A stretch of DNA of 64,000 bases from Candidatus Zixiibacteriota bacterium (lineage in GTDB: Bacteria > Zixibacteria > MSB-5A5 > GN15 > JAAZOE01), in contig JBDREQ010000003.1 in the NCBI GenBank assembly GCA_043819555.1, forward strand, positions 64,001 through 128,000. The letters are read 5' to 3'. Made by a program: the position numbers and the translations under genes. Under the pieces are notes generated by a model that was given only the letters and a program-made list of their open reading frames with translations, was not told the DNA's origin and searched no databases. Each line of letters begins with the position of its first letter. Positions within the stretch are counted from its first letter, which is position 1. Shown here one piece after another: positions 62,290-64,000 of the stretch.

Positions 62290-63000
62290 TTAATCATCCC
62301 CCTTCTCACCATAATATATAATTGCCGTTCCAAAAGTCTGCCGATGAGCCTGGACATTGATAAACCCGCATTCTTTCATCAATGCGCAAAATTCATCAGG
62401 CACGGGAAAAGACTCAACCGATTTATCAAGATATTTATACGCCTTATAATCGCCCGACAAAATCCCCCCGATAACTGGCATGATTTTACGAAAATAAAAT
62501 TTGAAAAGTTCCGCCATAATCTTGTTCCCGGGAATCGCCGGTTCAATTATAACCAGCCGTCCTCTCGGAACCAGCGCTCGGATAATCTCCTGCAAAGCAT
62601 CTTTCTTCTCAATAATATTCCTGATACCAAACCCGATCGTTACGGCATGTACCGATTTGTCGGCGCAGGGTAATATGAGGGCGTCGGCTTGACACAAAAC
62701 AAGATTTCCCGAACCCGACAGATTCAATCTTTGCCCGGCAATACGAAGCATCTCTCCGGCAAAATCAATCCCGATGAGATTTATATTTTCTTGATAACTA
62801 TCTCCCAGAATTTTCAAAAAATCGCCCGTGCCACAGCATAAATCCAGAGCCGTCTTACCCGACAAATCCCCCAAAAGCCTGACCGCCTTTCGCCTCCAGC
62901 GCATATCATTAAATCCTGAAAGCAATCGATTCAATAAATTATAACGGGGGCTAATCCGATTGAACATTGTTCTGATATTTTGTCCGTGACTGTCGGCCAT
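62290..63000 (-). CDS. menG: Demethylmenaquinone methyltransferase UbiE/MenG
   Basis: MFNRISPRYNLLNRLLS, LDLCCGTGD, GFGIRN and AYKYLDKSVESF. Confidence 0.9.
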   Translation of the reverse strand: MADSHGQNIRTMFNRISPRYNLLNRLLSGFNDMRWRRKAVRLLGDLSGKTALDLCCGTGDFLKILGDSYQENINLIGIDFAGEMLRIAGQRLNLSGSGNLVLCQADALILPCADKSVHAVTIGFGIRNIIEKKDALQEIIRALVPRGRLVIIEPAIPGNKIMAELFKFYFRKIMPVIGGILSGDYKAYKYLDKSVESFPVPDEFCALMKECGFINVQAHRQTFGTAIIYYGEKGDD

Positions 63001-63152
63001 AGATTTGAAAGTAACAATTAGTTGCGGCGAGGGCAAGCTCTTCAAAATAATTTGAAAAAACGAAAAATAAAGACAACCCTGAGTGTACAAATTTCGTCTA
63101 AAAAATACAAACATAAAAGATAGAGCGAGCTTGTTACCAAAGGAGGCGAAGT

Positions 63153-64000
63153 ATGCGGGTACGCAGGCAAGTTATAACGATTCTCGCTCTGTCAACCCTT
63201 CTTCTAATCGGCGCTGTATCAGCCGATGAAACCGAGAAAAAAGAAAGAACCATCCCGGAATTAAAAGCGTATCGAATTAATCCCCATCCCCCAAAAATTG
63301 ACGGCTTTCTTGATGATGAAGTTTGGAAATCAAAAGGCGTCGAGTTTGCGCGGGAATTCAAACAGCGCGTTCCTGAAGATGGCGCCGCGGCAACCGAATC
63401 GACTACTGTCGCCGTTGTCTATGATGATGATGCCATCTATTTCGCTTTCTGGAATTATGATTCGGAGCCGGAAAATATCGTCAGGCAAATGGTCCGCCGG
63501 GACAGGATCGGACAGGCCGATAATCTGGGCATCGTTATCGATCCCCACCACGATCATCAAACCGGTTATGAATTTGTGGTCAGTTCTTCAAATACGCAGT
63601 TTGATCGAACTTATTTCAATGATTCCTGGAGCGATCAGTCGTGGAATGGTGTCTGGGAAAGTGAGGTGCAGATACAGCCCTGGGGATGGTCGGCTGAGAT
63701 AAAAATCCCATACCACTGTCTGCGCTTTGCAGAAAAAGATGTTCACACATGGGGTGTTAATTTCAATCGCTGGATCTATCGCAAGATGGAGGATGTTTAT
63801 TGGTCGCACTGGCCACAGGGCGATAACGGCATTATTTCAAAAAACGGGCATTTGATCAACCTGGTGAATATTAAACCGGCCAGCCATTTTGAAATTATGC
63901 CGTTCACCGTGTCAAGCGCGGAATTATCGCCATCAACACCGGGTAATGACGGCAAAAGCACCTACGCCAATACAGGAGTGGATATCAAATACGGATTGAC
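63153..64000 (+). CDS. Exported CBM9/DUF5916-like protein, runs off window
   Basis: AGGAGG RBS, ATG at 63153, signal peptide, then PKIDGFLDDEVW...WSAEIKIP...WGVNFNR. Not listed in the ORF track, apparently because it has no stop in the window. Confidence 0.82.
   Translation, partial: MRVRRQVITILALSTLLLIGAVSADETEKKERTIPELKAYRINPHPPKIDGFLDDEVWKSKGVEFAREFKQRVPEDGAAATESTTVAVVYDDDAIYFAFWNYDSEPENIVRQMVRRDRIGQADNLGIVIDPHHDHQTGYEFVVSSSNTQFDRTYFNDSWSDQSWNGVWESEVQIQPWGWSAEIKIPYHCLRFAEKDVHTWGVNFNRWIYRKMEDVYWSHWPQGDNGIISKNGHLINLVNIKPASHFEIMPFTVSSAELSPSTPGNDGKSTYANTGVDIKYGL

Overview
This is bacterial chromosomal DNA of roughly mid-40s GC (by eye) from a diderm anaerobe. The dsrABD-N-L-C-T-MKJOP layout suggests a non-Desulfobacterota sulfite/sulfate reducer such as Zixibacteria, which is an inference only. 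Region 1-14.6 kb holds partial guaB, RNase P RNA, recJ and a B12/biotin acyl-CoA cluster (meaB, a split mutase with isobutyryl-CoA-mutase residues, acyl-CoA dehydrogenase, carboxylase subunits, epimerase). Region 14.6-33.5 kb holds secDF, an M16 protease, a small accessory patch with broken genes, thioredoxins, dnaE and an M1 peptidase. Region 33.6-54.7 kb is a minus-strand sulfur-energy island: qmoAB (no qmoC or aprAB beside it), dsrABDNLCT, dsrMKJOP, a CoA-persulfide-reductase/rhodanese fusion and siroheme genes, with three Rex-like boxes in front of qmoA and dsrA. Region 54.9-57.8 kb holds a dense cluster of different REP-like GTAG/GGTG hairpins around an AT-rich HEPN-motif gene interrupted by one in-frame amber codon. 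Region 58-64 kb holds a GNAT plus deacetylase pair, an SDR, tsaA, ubiE/menG and a partial CBM9/DUF5916-like gene. I saw no rRNA, tRNA, CRISPR array or transposase.
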